A stretch of DNA of 64,000 bases from Planctomycetota bacterium (GTDB lineage Bacteria > Planctomycetota > UBA8108 > UBA1146), in the NCBI GenBank assembly GCA_036338595.1, contig JAYZBV010000037.1, positions 32,001 to 96,000 of the forward strand. The letters are read 5' to 3'. Shown here piece by piece: positions 8,547 through 19,147 of the stretch. Under the pieces are notes generated by a model that saw nothing but the letters and a program-made list of their open reading frames with translations, ran no database searches and was not told where the DNA came from. A program made the position numbers and the translations under genes. The first letter of the stretch is position 1. Every line of letters begins with the position of its first letter.

Positions 8547-9773
8547 TCAGCCGCTCGGTTGCGCCACTCTGCTGCAATAGATGCGACCGTAGGGTTTGAC
8601 CCGAAGCCTCCCCACCAGCGCGCTGATCTCACCGAGAGGGCGGACCTGTTGATTGCCGAGCAGTACCGGCAGCGCAGCACCGGCGTCGAGATCCGGTGGA
8701 GGTTCCACGACATCGATGATCGGATCCAGATCTGGATCCCCCAGTAGCAGCTCCTTGCAGCGCTGGTGGAGCCTACGGGTCACATCCTCGACATCGGTTC
8801 CCTCGACGATGTCAGCCACTGCCCTGTGTTGTTTTCTGTCCAGGATCCTGCATGCATCGAGATGGCCCGGTGCCGTGGTGTCTCGTCTGGCCTGCTGCAG
8901 TAGCCCCAGAACCCTGTGGTCATCCCAGTGCAGGTACTCCTGAGGTGGCTGTGGATAGCGTCCCTCGGGGATGGCGACACGCAGAAAATTGATGAGGTGG
9001 CGGTCCAGGATCCGACGGGTGTGGTGGAAATACACCTGGGTGAACATCGAGAACCGTGCCCACTGCAATCCCTCGGCGGCGAGCACTCCGCCCCGTTCGA
9101 TGCCCAGTCGCACTCCGTCGCTGGTCTCGACAGGGGTGAGGGTGTGGAGAATTCTCGGCAGATCAAAGCAACCGTACTGGACCCCGAGACAGTGCGAATC
9201 TCTGAGCAGGTAATCCATCCGATCGGCACCAAATCGGCCGCACACCAGCGAGCGAACAAATCGAAGGTGCGGCGGCAGGTCGAGATCGGTGGGATCGAGG
9301 ATCCGCATCACCGCCTCGCAGATGGCATCTCCACGCCGGCGTAGATGTTCGAGCACCGCCGGGTGTTCCAGCAAAGAGAGGGTCATCTGCTCGTGTCCAC
9401 CGGAGGGCAACAGCCCCTCGCTGACATGGGAGAAGGGTGCATGGCCGATGTCATGCAACAGCGCCACGAGCCGCGCAACTCGCAACAGCTGGTCCCAGTT
9501 GCTTTCGCTCTCAGGGAGCCCCAGCGGCCCCAGCAACGCATCGAGACCGAGCCGGGCGCGCATCTCCTCGAGCAGCAAGGTGGCGACCTCGAGGGTGCCC
9601 AGGGCGTGTTCAAAGCGACTGTGCCGGGCACCCGGATAGACCCGATCGGTCAATCCCAGCTGCGAGATCGATCGCAGACGCTGCACCGGAGCCCCATCGA
9701 GCAGCGGCAGATCCTCTCGCTCGAGACGGATCAGCCGATGCACCGGGTCTCGAATCGCTTCGGACAGGATCAC
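8547..9773 (-). CDS. HD-domain phosphohydrolase (SAMHD1/dNTPase-like family)
   Basis: IRDPVH, QRLRSISQLG, HSRFEHALG, LLHDIGHAPFSH, ADRMDYLLRD, VYFH; start estimated at GTG 9773. Confidence 0.9.
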   Translation of the reverse strand: MILSEAIRDPVHRLIRLEREDLPLLDGAPVQRLRSISQLGLTDRVYPGARHSRFEHALGTLEVATLLLEEMRARLGLDALLGPLGLPESESNWDQLLRVARLVALLHDIGHAPFSHVSEGLLPSGGHEQMTLSLLEHPAVLEHLRRRGDAICEAVMRILDPTDLDLPPHLRFVRSLVCGRFGADRMDYLLRDSHCLGVQYGCFDLPRILHTLTPVETSDGVRLGIERGGVLAAEGLQWARFSMFTQVYFHHTRRILDRHLINFLRVAIPEGRYPQPPQEYLHWDDHRVLGLLQQARRDTTAPGHLDACRILDRKQHRAVADIVEGTDVEDVTRRLHQRCKELLLGDPDLDPIIDVVEPPPDLDAGAALPVLLGNQQVRPLGEISALVGRLRVKPYGRIYCSRVAQPSG

Positions 9774-9859
9774 CTGAGACTCCCTTCTGCGCCGATGATG
9801 CGGTCGGATTACCGCTGCCACAAGATGGCACGGCGGTTATCCTGCCTGCCTGGAGGCGC

Positions 9860-10402
9860 GTGCAACCGATCCATCACTTCCACCATGTCAAGCACACGAT
9901 CGATGGCATCGATCTGGGCATCGCGGTGCTCTGGTGCGAGCGTCAATTGCTCTCGATGTCGCTGGCGGCTCGCCGAGAAGTGGCGCTGAAGGCGTGCACG
10001 TCGACGGTCCCGGGCGCCTTCCAGGTGGTCGAGTCCTTTCCTCCACGACTGGAACAGGAGCTACTCCTGGCTCTCGCTGGCGAGCCGGTGTGCTGGAGTC
10101 ACGACGCCGCTCCCGTCGGGGGAACCGACTTTCAGAGACGCGTCTGGCAGCAGCTGGATCGGGTGGAGGCGGGAGAGACGATCAGTTACGGGCAACTGGC
10201 GAGGCGTGTCGGCGTGCCGGGTGCCGCTCGAGCGGTCGGCAGTGCTTGCGGCAAGAATCGGCTACCGCTGAGACTCCCCTGTCATCGGATCATCTCAGCC
10301 GATGGACAGCTGGGAGGATTCACCGGCGACCTGAAGGTGAAGTCTCTGCTGCTGGAGCGAGAAGCGGCAGCGCCAGCGGCTTCGAAACCGCTCCGGACAT
10401 GA
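9860..10402 (+). CDS. ogt: Methylated-DNA-protein-cysteine methyltransferase
   Basis: GTDFQRRVW, GETISYGQLA, AARAVGSAC, active site PCHR; start estimated at GTG 9860 after GGAGG. Confidence 0.92.
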   Translation: MQPIHHFHHVKHTIDGIDLGIAVLWCERQLLSMSLAARREVALKACTSTVPGAFQVVESFPPRLEQELLLALAGEPVCWSHDAAPVGGTDFQRRVWQQLDRVEAGETISYGQLARRVGVPGAARAVGSACGKNRLPLRLPCHRIISADGQLGGFTGDLKVKSLLLEREAAAPAASKPLRT

Positions 10403-12155
10403 CCATGTGATGGTGAGCTTCCCTCATCATCCCCTGAGTGGCATACATCTGCGCCAGCAGCCGATGCGAAGATGAGCGCTCCGGATCGCCCTGCAGGGCA
10501 AAGAAGAGGCACTCTGCCGCCAGATCCTCGATCCCATCCTCGAGCAAGATCAGTGCGAAGCGTTCCCACGCCGCGGAACAGGCCGGGTCAGCCCTCAGCA
10601 GCAGCGCCAGATCTGCTCGTGCCTCGGATCTCTGGCCCGATTTCTGCAGTGCGCAGGCGACCTCGAAGGTGCCGATGGGAACGCCGCGCTGTCGCAACAG
10701 CGATTGTCGCTGACCGAACAGTGCATAGTCCTCCAGCACCAGTCCTTCGGCTTCTTGCTCCCTGGCCAGGATCACATGATCTGTATCGAGGGACACCGAC
10801 GCCGGGCGGCTGGAGCCACAGACGAGCGCATGAGCCCAGCGTCCACCGATGCCAACTCCGGCCGGTACAATCCGCTCCAGGCTCGCTCTCGACCGTTCCC
10901 AGTGCTGTTGCTCGTGCGCGATCCTGTGCAGGTTGAGCGGCAAGCAGAGCGCCACCGTGGTGGTCGCGGCGAGCAGGATCCCGCGCGACCTGCCGAGCCC
11001 CGAGCGCACCGCCAGCACGATCCCGACCCCGGCCGTGGAGAGGCCCAGCGAGATGGCAATTCGAACCGCCGCAGAGGCGCTCATCGCCGAGGAAAAGGAC
11101 GCCACCAGCAAGATCGCAACGAAGAAGAGGCCCAACGCCGCCTGAGGCGCCTTGCCCACCGGGGCGACGGATGTCAGCAGCGTACGTCCACGTTCAGCGA
11201 GCAGATCCATCGCCAGCAGCACACCCATCGGCATCAAGACGACGAGTGGAAACACCGGCAGCTGCGACGCCATGATCCACGGCAGCACCCCGGCCACCAG
11301 GGTCATCCGCAACGGCCTGAAGCGAGAATCTCGCCCCCTCGGACCTGCGATCAGCGCCGCCACCACTGCGATCAACCAACCAGGATCGGAGAGCAGGATC
11401 GACGGCACCTCGCCGGCCCGGAACAGGTCCGTCGATCCGGTCAAGCCGGTGGCGAGCGTCACGGGATCCGCACCCAGTTGTTGCAGACTCATCAGCACGG
11501 CGGCCACCACCAGGGTGACGGTCCAGCCCTTCGGACGCAGTCTTCGGGGCAAGGCGCGGCGTATCAACTCGAGCCAGCAGGCTGGCGCGGCGACCAGCAC
11601 CAGCGGCCCGATTCCCCACCACAGCACGCCACACAGCAGTAGTGCTGAATGCGGCGCAAATTTCCAGCGCACGCCAGCCAGCAATGAGATGCAGAGGATC
11701 GACAGCGCCGCCAGTGGCACCGTGTTCGGAACGCTCGACCAGGGCAGAAAGGTCGGCTGGAGCGCCAGCACGAGTGCCCCCAGCACGGCGATTCCTTCTC
11801 CCCGTCGCCTCGCCAGCACCAATGCGATCACCAGCATGCAGGTGAGAAAGGGGATCACCGAGAACAACTTGAGCGTCGCCACACCACTTCCAAAGTAGGA
11901 GAAGGCGACACCCACCATGGCGGTGAGGATGGGAGTCTCTCTGAATGCAGGAATACCCACATCGATGTCGTGGAAATTCGCCCTCGCATGAGCGAAAGGC
12001 CACGATCCCGTCTCGGGAAAAACCGAAGCCACGCCGGTGATCGACTCCGGATCACCATTCGATTCGGTGATCAGCATCAGTGCCATGCAGATCACAAATC
12101 CGAGCACGATTCCCGTCATCGGGAAGCGCTGGTGGGGAGTGGGGTGTAATTTCAT
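10320..12155 (-). CDS. Polytopic membrane protein, possible GT-C (PMT/ArnT-like) glycosyltransferase with C-terminal TPR
   Basis: More than 10 hydrophobic segments; ETPILT..FG..TLKLFSV resembles the PMT_2 N-terminal signature; TPR-like helices at the end; ATGA overlap with pilR. Confidence 0.6.
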   Translation of the reverse strand: MKLHPTPHQRFPMTGIVLGFVICMALMLITESNGDPESITGVASVFPETGSWPFAHARANFHDIDVGIPAFRETPILTAMVGVAFSYFGSGVATLKLFSVIPFLTCMLVIALVLARRRGEGIAVLGALVLALQPTFLPWSSVPNTVPLAALSILCISLLAGVRWKFAPHSALLLCGVLWWGIGPLVLVAAPACWLELIRRALPRRLRPKGWTVTLVVAAVLMSLQQLGADPVTLATGLTGSTDLFRAGEVPSILLSDPGWLIAVVAALIAGPRGRDSRFRPLRMTLVAGVLPWIMASQLPVFPLVVLMPMGVLLAMDLLAERGRTLLTSVAPVGKAPQAALGLFFVAILLVASFSSAMSASAAVRIAISLGLSTAGVGIVLAVRSGLGRSRGILLAATTTVALCLPLNLHRIAHEQQHWERSRASLERIVPAGVGIGGRWAHALVCGSSRPASVSLDTDHVILAREQEAEGLVLEDYALFGQRQSLLRQRGVPIGTFEVACALQKSGQRSEARADLALLLRADPACSAAWERFALILLEDGIEDLAAECLFFALQGDPERSSSHRLLAQMYATQGMMREAHHHMVMSGAVSKPLALPLLAPAAETSPSGRR

Positions 12156-13561
12156 TGGGCTTCGGAGACCGTGCGCGAGCGAATCCCGAGTTTCTGAGCG
12201 CGGTACCTGATCTGCCGATAGGAGACCCCCAGCAGCTCGGCAGCGCGCGTCTGATTTCCTCCGGTGCGCTCCAGTGCCTGAAGGATCAGGTCTCGTTCGA
12301 CCTGTTCCAGGTGCTGTTCGAGTTGACAGCCCTGCTCGGGAAGAGTCGAGGCGGATGGCGCCGCAGACTCGGGCCCATCCTCCAACGAGGTCGGCTCATC
12401 CGGTACAGTCGACAGAAGATCCAGCTGAATCGATTCGATGATGCGACCTCGCGCCAGGGCCACCTGACGCTGGATCACATTCTCCAGTTCTCTGACATTT
12501 CCTGGCCAATGATGGGCCTGTAGCGATTCCCATGCGGCATCGCTGAGACCATCGATCGCCTTTCCCATCTTCTGGGAATGGCGCCGCAGGAAGTGCCCTG
12601 CGAGGAGCGGCAAGTCCTCTTTTCGGTCTCGAAGTGGCAACAGATGCAGCGGAATGACATTGAGGCGGTAGAAGAGATCCTCCCGGAATAGGCCCTGCTT
12701 CACCTGGGCAGCCAGATCCTTGTTGGTGGCTGCGATGATGCGAACATCGGTCGAGATCTGCTGATCTCCGCCGACCGGGACCACCTTGCGATCCTCGAGT
12801 GAACGCAGGATCCGGACCTGGGTGGAGAGGCTCATGTCCGCCACCTCGTCCAGAAACAGTGTTCCCCCATCGGCGTTGAGGAACACTCCCTTTCGATCCT
12901 CAACCGCTCCGGTGAAGGCGCCCTTGACATGACCAAACAACTCACTCTCGAGCAAGCCTTCGGTGAATGCCGAGCAATTGACGGCAACGAAGCGGCCCTG
13001 ATTTCTGGGCGATCCGTCGTGTATTGCGCGAGCGATCAACTCCTTGCCGCAACCGCTCTCGCCTGTCACCAGTACCGTGGATTCCGTCGGCGCTACCTGC
13101 TCGATCACCTCGAACAGTTCCCGCATCACCGCGGTGTTGCCGATCAATCGTCGCGTCACATTTCTGTGCTGGGGATCGCCCTCCTGGGTTGTGGATTCCA
13201 GTGCCCTGCGAACCGCGCCCCTGACATCGTCATTCTGGAACGGCTTGCGCAGAAAATCGAAGCCTCCACGGCGCATCGCCTCGATCGCCACATCCGATGT
13301 CGAGAAGGCGGTCATCACGAGGATCGGCATCGTCGGCGCCGCTTCGCGAGCGGCCTCGAGCAATTCCATCCCATCGAGGCCGCCCATCCTGAGATCCTGG
13401 ATGAAGATCCGCGCACCACGATCGCGCAGCACTTCCATCGCTTTCTCTCCTGAGGAGACACAGAGCACCTTGTACCCCTGATTGGAGAGCACGATCTCGA
13501 GAAACTCCCGCATACTCTGTTCATCGTCTGCGACGAGGATGTCGAGCATCTCTGGCTTCAT
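12152..13561 (-). CDS. pilR: Sigma54-dependent response regulator (PilR/NtrC family)
   Basis: Receiver (VADDE, QDLRM), GESGCGKE, ESELFGHVKGAFTGA, FLDEV, WPGNVRELEN, Fis-type HTH; in the pil operon. Confidence 0.85.
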   Translation of the reverse strand: MKPEMLDILVADDEQSMREFLEIVLSNQGYKVLCVSSGEKAMEVLRDRGARIFIQDLRMGGLDGMELLEAAREAAPTMPILVMTAFSTSDVAIEAMRRGGFDFLRKPFQNDDVRGAVRRALESTTQEGDPQHRNVTRRLIGNTAVMRELFEVIEQVAPTESTVLVTGESGCGKELIARAIHDGSPRNQGRFVAVNCSAFTEGLLESELFGHVKGAFTGAVEDRKGVFLNADGGTLFLDEVADMSLSTQVRILRSLEDRKVVPVGGDQQISTDVRIIAATNKDLAAQVKQGLFREDLFYRLNVIPLHLLPLRDRKEDLPLLAGHFLRRHSQKMGKAIDGLSDAAWESLQAHHWPGNVRELENVIQRQVALARGRIIESIQLDLLSTVPDEPTSLEDGPESAAPSASTLPEQGCQLEQHLEQVERDLILQALERTGGNQTRAAELLGVSYRQIRYRAQKLGIRSRTVSEAQ

Positions 13562-15069
13562 CGAGCACCCACCTTCTGTGGCATCGATACCGCCACCGGA
13601 AGCGTGATGCGGAAGGTCGTTCCTTCACCCTGAAGACTCTCCAACTCGATCCAACCTGCTGCGGAATCGATGATCTTCTTGACCAGAGCCAGTCCCAGAC
13701 CCCCTTCTCTCGTCTTGGTCGAGACGAAGGGGAGAAACGCTCGCGACTGCAGTTGAGGAGTCATGCCGCTGCCGTCATCCGTAATTTGCAGGCACACATG
13801 ATCGCCCTGCAGTGAGATCCCGAATCCGATCTTCCGAGCACCCGCCTCCAGCGCATTGATCGCCAGGTTACTGACGACCTGATGCAGACCATCGCGATCG
13901 CCGAGTACCACCGCACCTTCCTGGAACTGACGAGTCATCTGAACTTCCCGAGCATCTGGACGCCCGCTGACTGAATCGATCACTTCTTCGACCACCTCGG
14001 CCAGGTGGACTGCTGCAGAGTGCTCTACCCTGCGAGATCTTGAATACTCCAGGAAATCATCGACGGTCCGATCGAGTCGATCGGATTCGCGCCGCACGAT
14101 CGCCTCCATCCGTTGTGCCTGCTGAGGTGGCAAGGATCCCGAGACCAGTTCCACCGCTGCCCCCCGCAAGGATGCGAGCGGATTCCGGATCTCATGTGCG
14201 AGTCCAAGCGCCAGTTGTTCCAGTTCTTCGAGGTGCAGCAATCTGGCTTCCACCTCGATCGTTCGTCGCTGAGAGGTTCGGTCAGCAAAGACCGCGACTC
14301 GCAATCCGCCGTCCAGTTCGGTCGTGCGAATTTGAAAAAACCGGGTCAGGCCCTCGCGAGTACGCCACTCGATACTGCTCGCCATCTTCCGCGGCTCTGC
14401 CAGTGCTTCTCTCAGATCCTCATCGGTCTTTCTTTGAAACAGATCAGGGAGCAACTGGCCACGCCAATCATCCCCGTCGGGAAACTCGAGCAACCTGCGT
14501 GCGGAAGGATTGGATCGTACGACTCTACCTCGTGCGTCGGTCACGATGATGCCCTCCTCGAGGGCGACGATGACGCTATCGTGCTCCACCTCGAGAGCGC
14601 GCCAGCGATGATTCAATCGACCGCTGAGCCAGGCCACGCCGTGCAGAGCGATCGCCATCGCCACCAGTGCGGCAGCTCCTCGCTCGATCGCAGGAGCGCC
14701 CGCAGTCGATGAGATCAGGGTCGTGGCGGAGGCCAGTACCAGAGTTGCGATCGTGGCACGGATCAAACTGGCACCGGTGCCACGCCTGGCTCCTGTGATC
14801 ACGATCACGATCGGCAACAGCGGTGCAAATGTAGATGAGACACCACCGGTCAGTGCGACGACGGCAAGCGCTCCGACCAGATCGACCGTTTCAGGGCGAA
14901 AGCGCAGGCCAGGCAGCAACATCGTCGACAGTGATGCACTCGCCCACGCAAACAGCACCAGAGACAGCGACCAGCCGCCACTGCCCGCCGGAAGCAATGC
15001 CGTGAGGCCAAAGGCCAGCAGCGGAATGCCCGCATGCATGACGAATTGAAGGGGTCGATCCTGTCTCAT
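13558..15069 (-). CDS. pilS: Membrane PAS sensor histidine kinase (PilS-like)
   Basis: Multi-TM N-terminus, PAS, LAHEIRNPL H-box, NLAINA, DDGSG, GLGL. Confidence 0.8.
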   Translation of the reverse strand: MRQDRPLQFVMHAGIPLLAFGLTALLPAGSGGWSLSLVLFAWASASLSTMLLPGLRFRPETVDLVGALAVVALTGGVSSTFAPLLPIVIVITGARRGTGASLIRATIATLVLASATTLISSTAGAPAIERGAAALVAMAIALHGVAWLSGRLNHRWRALEVEHDSVIVALEEGIIVTDARGRVVRSNPSARRLLEFPDGDDWRGQLLPDLFQRKTDEDLREALAEPRKMASSIEWRTREGLTRFFQIRTTELDGGLRVAVFADRTSQRRTIEVEARLLHLEELEQLALGLAHEIRNPLASLRGAAVELVSGSLPPQQAQRMEAIVRRESDRLDRTVDDFLEYSRSRRVEHSAAVHLAEVVEEVIDSVSGRPDAREVQMTRQFQEGAVVLGDRDGLHQVVSNLAINALEAGARKIGFGISLQGDHVCLQITDDGSGMTPQLQSRAFLPFVSTKTREGGLGLALVKKIIDSAAGWIELESLQGEGTTFRITLPVAVSMPQKVGAR

Positions 15070-15092
15070 CTCACCACTCCCGGTCGTTGTGA

Positions 15093-16346
15093 TTACTTAC
15101 CAATTGCTCCGAACGCACTCAGCAGTGGCATGAACATCGCAATCACCATGGTGCCCACGATGATGCCCATGACGAGGATCAAGAACGGTTCGATCAGCGA
15201 TGTCAGTTGCTTGACGGTGGCTTTGACTTCCCGGTCATAGAACTGCGAGACCTTCTCGAGCAGCTGCTCGAGGGAGCCCGATTTTTCACCGATGCTGATC
15301 ATTCGTGTGACCATCGGGGGGAACTGGCCCGATCTCGCGAGAGGCGCTCCGAGGCTCTCTCCCTGGCGCACCGCTTCTGCCGATTCCGCGATGGCTCTGG
15401 CGTACCAGACATTTCCTGTCGTCGTCTTGACGATCTCCAGAGCCCCTAGAATCGGAACTCCACTGCGAATCAATGTCGCGAAGGTGCCACTGAAACGAGA
15501 CAGCGCAGTTTTCTGGACCAGCGTACCGAACACGGGTATTCGAAGTATCAGCCAGTCGCGAATCAACTCTCCGCGGGTCGTCTTGCCTGCCAACTTGTAA
15601 CCGCCGTAGATGAGGCCCACCGTCACCATCAACAACATGAAATGCGACTGGGCGAAGTTGCTCATGCCCATGACAAACAGTGTCAATGCGGGCATCTCAG
15701 CGTCCATATCATCGAAGAGGGCCTGGAAGTTGGGCAGCACGAAGACCAGCAGGCCGGAACTGATGACAGCGATCATCAGCAGGCTGACCACCGGATAGGT
15801 CATCGCGCCCTTGATCTCTCCCTTGAGTTCTTCCGCCTCTTCCATGTGCGACGCGAGCCGATCGAGCACTCCATCGAGCTGTCCACTCGCCTCGCCGGCG
15901 CGAACCATGTTGATGAAGATGTCGTCGAAAACTCTGGGGTGTCGACTCAGCGCCATGGAAAAGTCCTTGCCCTGACGAACCTCCGAAGCGATGTCTCCGA
16001 TCACGGCCTTGAGGGTAGAATTTTCAGCCTGATCCTCGATCACCTCGAGCGCCTCGACGAGCGGAATCCCCGACTCGAACATCGTCGCCAGTTGCCGGGA
16101 GACGGGCACCAGTTCCTTGCGCGAGATGCGCCCCTTGAATGCAGTACCATTCTTGTTTTTTCTGAAGGAAGGCAGTGTGATCCGGAATTTCTTGTTGCTC
16201 TTTCTAGCTCCAGAGCCACCGATCGAGGTCACGGTCAAACCACGACGACGCAATTCCTGAACCGCTTCCGATTCAGTTTCTGCCTCGACGGTGCCTACGA
16301 CCGATTTTCCCTGAGGGTTTCTGGACTTGTAATCGTACTTTTTCAA
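15093..16346 (-). CDS. pilC: Type IV pilus platform protein PilC (GspF family)
   Basis: RQLATMFESGIPL, MVRAGEASGQL, AMTYP, GEKSGSL, LIEP. Confidence 0.93.
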   Translation of the reverse strand: MKKYDYKSRNPQGKSVVGTVEAETESEAVQELRRRGLTVTSIGGSGARKSNKKFRITLPSFRKNKNGTAFKGRISRKELVPVSRQLATMFESGIPLVEALEVIEDQAENSTLKAVIGDIASEVRQGKDFSMALSRHPRVFDDIFINMVRAGEASGQLDGVLDRLASHMEEAEELKGEIKGAMTYPVVSLLMIAVISSGLLVFVLPNFQALFDDMDAEMPALTLFVMGMSNFAQSHFMLLMVTVGLIYGGYKLAGKTTRGELIRDWLILRIPVFGTLVQKTALSRFSGTFATLIRSGVPILGALEIVKTTTGNVWYARAIAESAEAVRQGESLGAPLARSGQFPPMVTRMISIGEKSGSLEQLLEKVSQFYDREVKATVKQLTSLIEPFLILVMGIIVGTMVIAMFMPLLSAFGAIGK

Positions 16347-16361
16347 GTCGGTCTCCTGGCT

Positions 16362-18077
16362 CTATTCCCCCTGCGTTACCCGCAGGATTTCTTCGAGTGA
16401 TGTTTTTCCACGTAGTGCGTTGAGCAGGCCGACACGCCGCAGCGTCACCATGCCCTGCTTCAGTGCGACGTCTCGGATGGCCAGAGCAGAGGCCCCCTCC
16501 ACCACCGCCCTTCGAATCTCATCGTCGAGCGGCATCGTTTCGATCAGGGCGAAGCGCCCTCGATAGCCTCCCTGGCATCGGGAGCATCCAACCGGCTCCC
16601 ACAGGCGAGCTCCGTCTGCCTCTTCGGGCAGAAATCCGAGCGCTTCGAGTCTCTTTGCAGGCAACGGCCCTGCTTCCTGCTTGCAGTCCTCGCACAGCCT
16701 CCGGCTGAGGCGCTGCGCAGCGATGCACTGGGTTGCGGATGCGACCAGGAAGGGGTCGATACCCATATCCACCATCCGGACAACGGTCGACGGAGCGTCA
16801 TTGGTGTGCAGGGTCGAGAAGACCCTGTGACCGGTGAGAGCAGCCTTGATGGCGATCTCTGCTGTTTCGAGGTCGCGGATCTCTCCGATCATCACCGTGT
16901 CCGGATCCTGACGAAGAATCGCTCGGAGCGCCCTGGAAAAGGTCAGCCCTCGTTTCGCATTGACCGGAACCTGGACCACTCCATCGATCTGGTACTCGAC
17001 CGGATCTTCCACGGTAGTGATGTTCTCCTCGGGAGAGAGCACTTCATTGACGCATGAGTAGAGCGTCGTCGACTTGCCCGATCCGGTAGGTCCCGTCACC
17101 AGCATCATCCCGTAGGCGCTGGTGATGGCATCTCTGATGTCGCGCAGGGCCTTCTCCTCGAACCCGAGGGTATCAAGGCTCAGGGCGAGGCTCGACGAGT
17201 CGAGGATCCTCATCACGACCTTCTCGCCGTGCACCGTCGGCAGGGTCGAGACCCTGAAATCGACCTGGCGACCATCGATCCGCAACTGAAATTTCCCATC
17301 CTGAGGGATCCTTCGCTCTGCGATATCCAGGCCCGACATGATCTTGATTCGACTGGTGATCGAGGCTCTCAACTTCGCAGGAGGCGGCTGCACCTCGCGC
17401 AGCACTCCGTCGCACCGATAGCGAATCCGTAGCGATCGCTCCTGTGGCTCGATATGGATGTCAGAGGCTCTCTCGCGCAGCGCCTGGTAGATGACATGAT
17501 TGACGATCTTGACCACCGGAGATTCGTCTCCCTCGAAAGAGAGTTCCTGGATGCCTTCATCCTCGTCGCTGGAATCTCGTAGTTCGAGTTCGAGATCGCC
17601 GTAGTCGTCGAGCACTTCCTCGATTTCCTTGCGTCCATCACCGTAGAGCCGATCGATCGCTTCCTCGATGCGGAAATCGCAGGCGAGAACCGCCTGGACA
17701 TGACAGCGAGTCACATTTCGTATCTCGTCGATCTGCACGATGTCATGGGGATCTGCGATGGCGATCGTCAGAACCCCGGCGCTCCTGGCCACAGGTAACA
17801 CCCTGCAAGAACGCGCGGTCTTCTCGCGAAGTTCTTCGCAAGGATTCTCTTCCAGTTGCAATCGGCCGAGGTCGATCGGTGTCACCCCTGTTTCGAGGGC
17901 GAGCACGCCGAGCAATTCCTGCTCATCGAGGGCCCCCGACTCGACCAGCAACCGGGTCACTGAACCCTGTACGCCGGCATTCTGGATCGCATCATCGATC
18001 GCCTCGTCCTCGACCAGCCTGTGGCGAGAGAGGATCTTCCCGAGTCTTCGATTGAATCTGCTGATGACGTGGGACAT
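16362..18077 (-). CDS. pilB: Type IV pilus extension ATPase PilB/GspE
   Basis: ASDIHIEP, ERRIPQDG, GPTGSGKSTT, LRQDPD, AALTGH, CEDC/CSRC Zn motif; MshEN-like N-terminus. Confidence 0.93.
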   Translation of the reverse strand: MSHVISRFNRRLGKILSRHRLVEDEAIDDAIQNAGVQGSVTRLLVESGALDEQELLGVLALETGVTPIDLGRLQLEENPCEELREKTARSCRVLPVARSAGVLTIAIADPHDIVQIDEIRNVTRCHVQAVLACDFRIEEAIDRLYGDGRKEIEEVLDDYGDLELELRDSSDEDEGIQELSFEGDESPVVKIVNHVIYQALRERASDIHIEPQERSLRIRYRCDGVLREVQPPPAKLRASITSRIKIMSGLDIAERRIPQDGKFQLRIDGRQVDFRVSTLPTVHGEKVVMRILDSSSLALSLDTLGFEEKALRDIRDAITSAYGMMLVTGPTGSGKSTTLYSCVNEVLSPEENITTVEDPVEYQIDGVVQVPVNAKRGLTFSRALRAILRQDPDTVMIGEIRDLETAEIAIKAALTGHRVFSTLHTNDAPSTVVRMVDMGIDPFLVASATQCIAAQRLSRRLCEDCKQEAGPLPAKRLEALGFLPEEADGARLWEPVGCSRCQGGYRGRFALIETMPLDDEIRRAVVEGASALAIRDVALKQGMVTLRRVGLLNALRGKTSLEEILRVTQGE

Positions 18078-18079
18078 GG

Positions 18080-19147
18080 TCAGGACTGCCGCTGGAATAT
18101 CCTCTTGAGTTCATCGGAATCCGACGCGCGAGAGACCGCCTCTTCATAGGTGATCTGGCGCGTGCGGTAGAGTTCGTAGAGAGACTGATTCATCGTCCGC
18201 ATGCCAAGTCGTCCACTGGTCTGAATCGCTGACGGGATCTGGTGAGCCTTGTCATCGCGAATCAGGGCACGGACCGCAGGCGTGGCGAGCAGGACCTCGC
18301 TGGCGAGAACCCTGCCGCGTCCGTCGGAACGAGTGACCAGTTGCTGACAGAAGATCCCCTCGAGTACGAACGAAAGCTGGGTTCTGACCTGCTGCTGCTG
18401 ATGGGGTGGGAAAACATCGATGAGACGATTGAGACTCTGAACCGCATCATTGGTGTGCAGGGTGCCAAAGGTCAGGTGTCCCGTCTCTGCAACGGTAATC
18501 GCCGCCGAGATACTCTCGAGATCTCGCAGTTCTCCGACCATGATCACGTCGGGATCCTGGCGCAATACGCGACGGAGCGCGCTCTCGAAGCTGGGAGTGT
18601 CGGTTCCCACCTCTCGTTGAGAGATGCGACAGTTCTTGTTGCGATGGACAAATTCCAGGGGGTCCTCGATGGTGACGATGTGATCGTTTCGATTCCTGTT
18701 GATGTAGTCGATCATCGAGGCGAGAGTTGTCGATTTTCCTGATCCGGTCGCTCCGGTGACCAGCACCAGGCCCTTCTTCTTCAAGCAGAGTCCCTCGCAG
18801 ACTTCCAGAGGAAGACCGAGCGATTCCATCTCCGGGATCTCATTCGGTATCACCCGGAGCACCGCGCTGACCGATCCCCTCTGATAGAAGACGTTTGTAC
18901 GGAATCTGCCGAGACCACTGATCCCGAACGCCATGTCCAGTTCTTGCTCCTTCTCGAACTTACGCACCTGTTCGTTATCGAGAATCGAGTAAACGATCTG
19001 ACGAACGGCGTCGTTGTCGAGAACTGCATCCCCGGCAGCGATCAGACGACCGTGAATTCGAATCATGGGCGGGGTTCCCGCACCCAGATGTAGATCGGAG
19101 CCTTCGCGCTCCACCAGCTGCTGTACGAGATCCTCTATGGTGATCAA
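18080..19147 (-). CDS. pilT: Type IV pilus retraction ATPase PilT
   Basis: SDLHL, GATGSGKSTT, TIEDP, LRQDPDV, AETGHL, AVRALIRD (AIRNLIRE-like). Confidence 0.95.
   Translation of the reverse strand: MITIEDLVQQLVEREGSDLHLGAGTPPMIRIHGRLIAAGDAVLDNDAVRQIVYSILDNEQVRKFEKEQELDMAFGISGLGRFRTNVFYQRGSVSAVLRVIPNEIPEMESLGLPLEVCEGLCLKKKGLVLVTGATGSGKSTTLASMIDYINRNRNDHIVTIEDPLEFVHRNKNCRISQREVGTDTPSFESALRRVLRQDPDVIMVGELRDLESISAAITVAETGHLTFGTLHTNDAVQSLNRLIDVFPPHQQQQVRTQLSFVLEGIFCQQLVTRSDGRGRVLASEVLLATPAVRALIRDDKAHQIPSAIQTSGRLGMRTMNQSLYELYRTRQITYEEAVSRASDSDELKRIFQRQS

Noticed and set aside
7937..9773. HNH plus dNTPase anti-phage system
   Set aside because: The genes are convergent rather than operonic, and both families are widespread outside defence islands.
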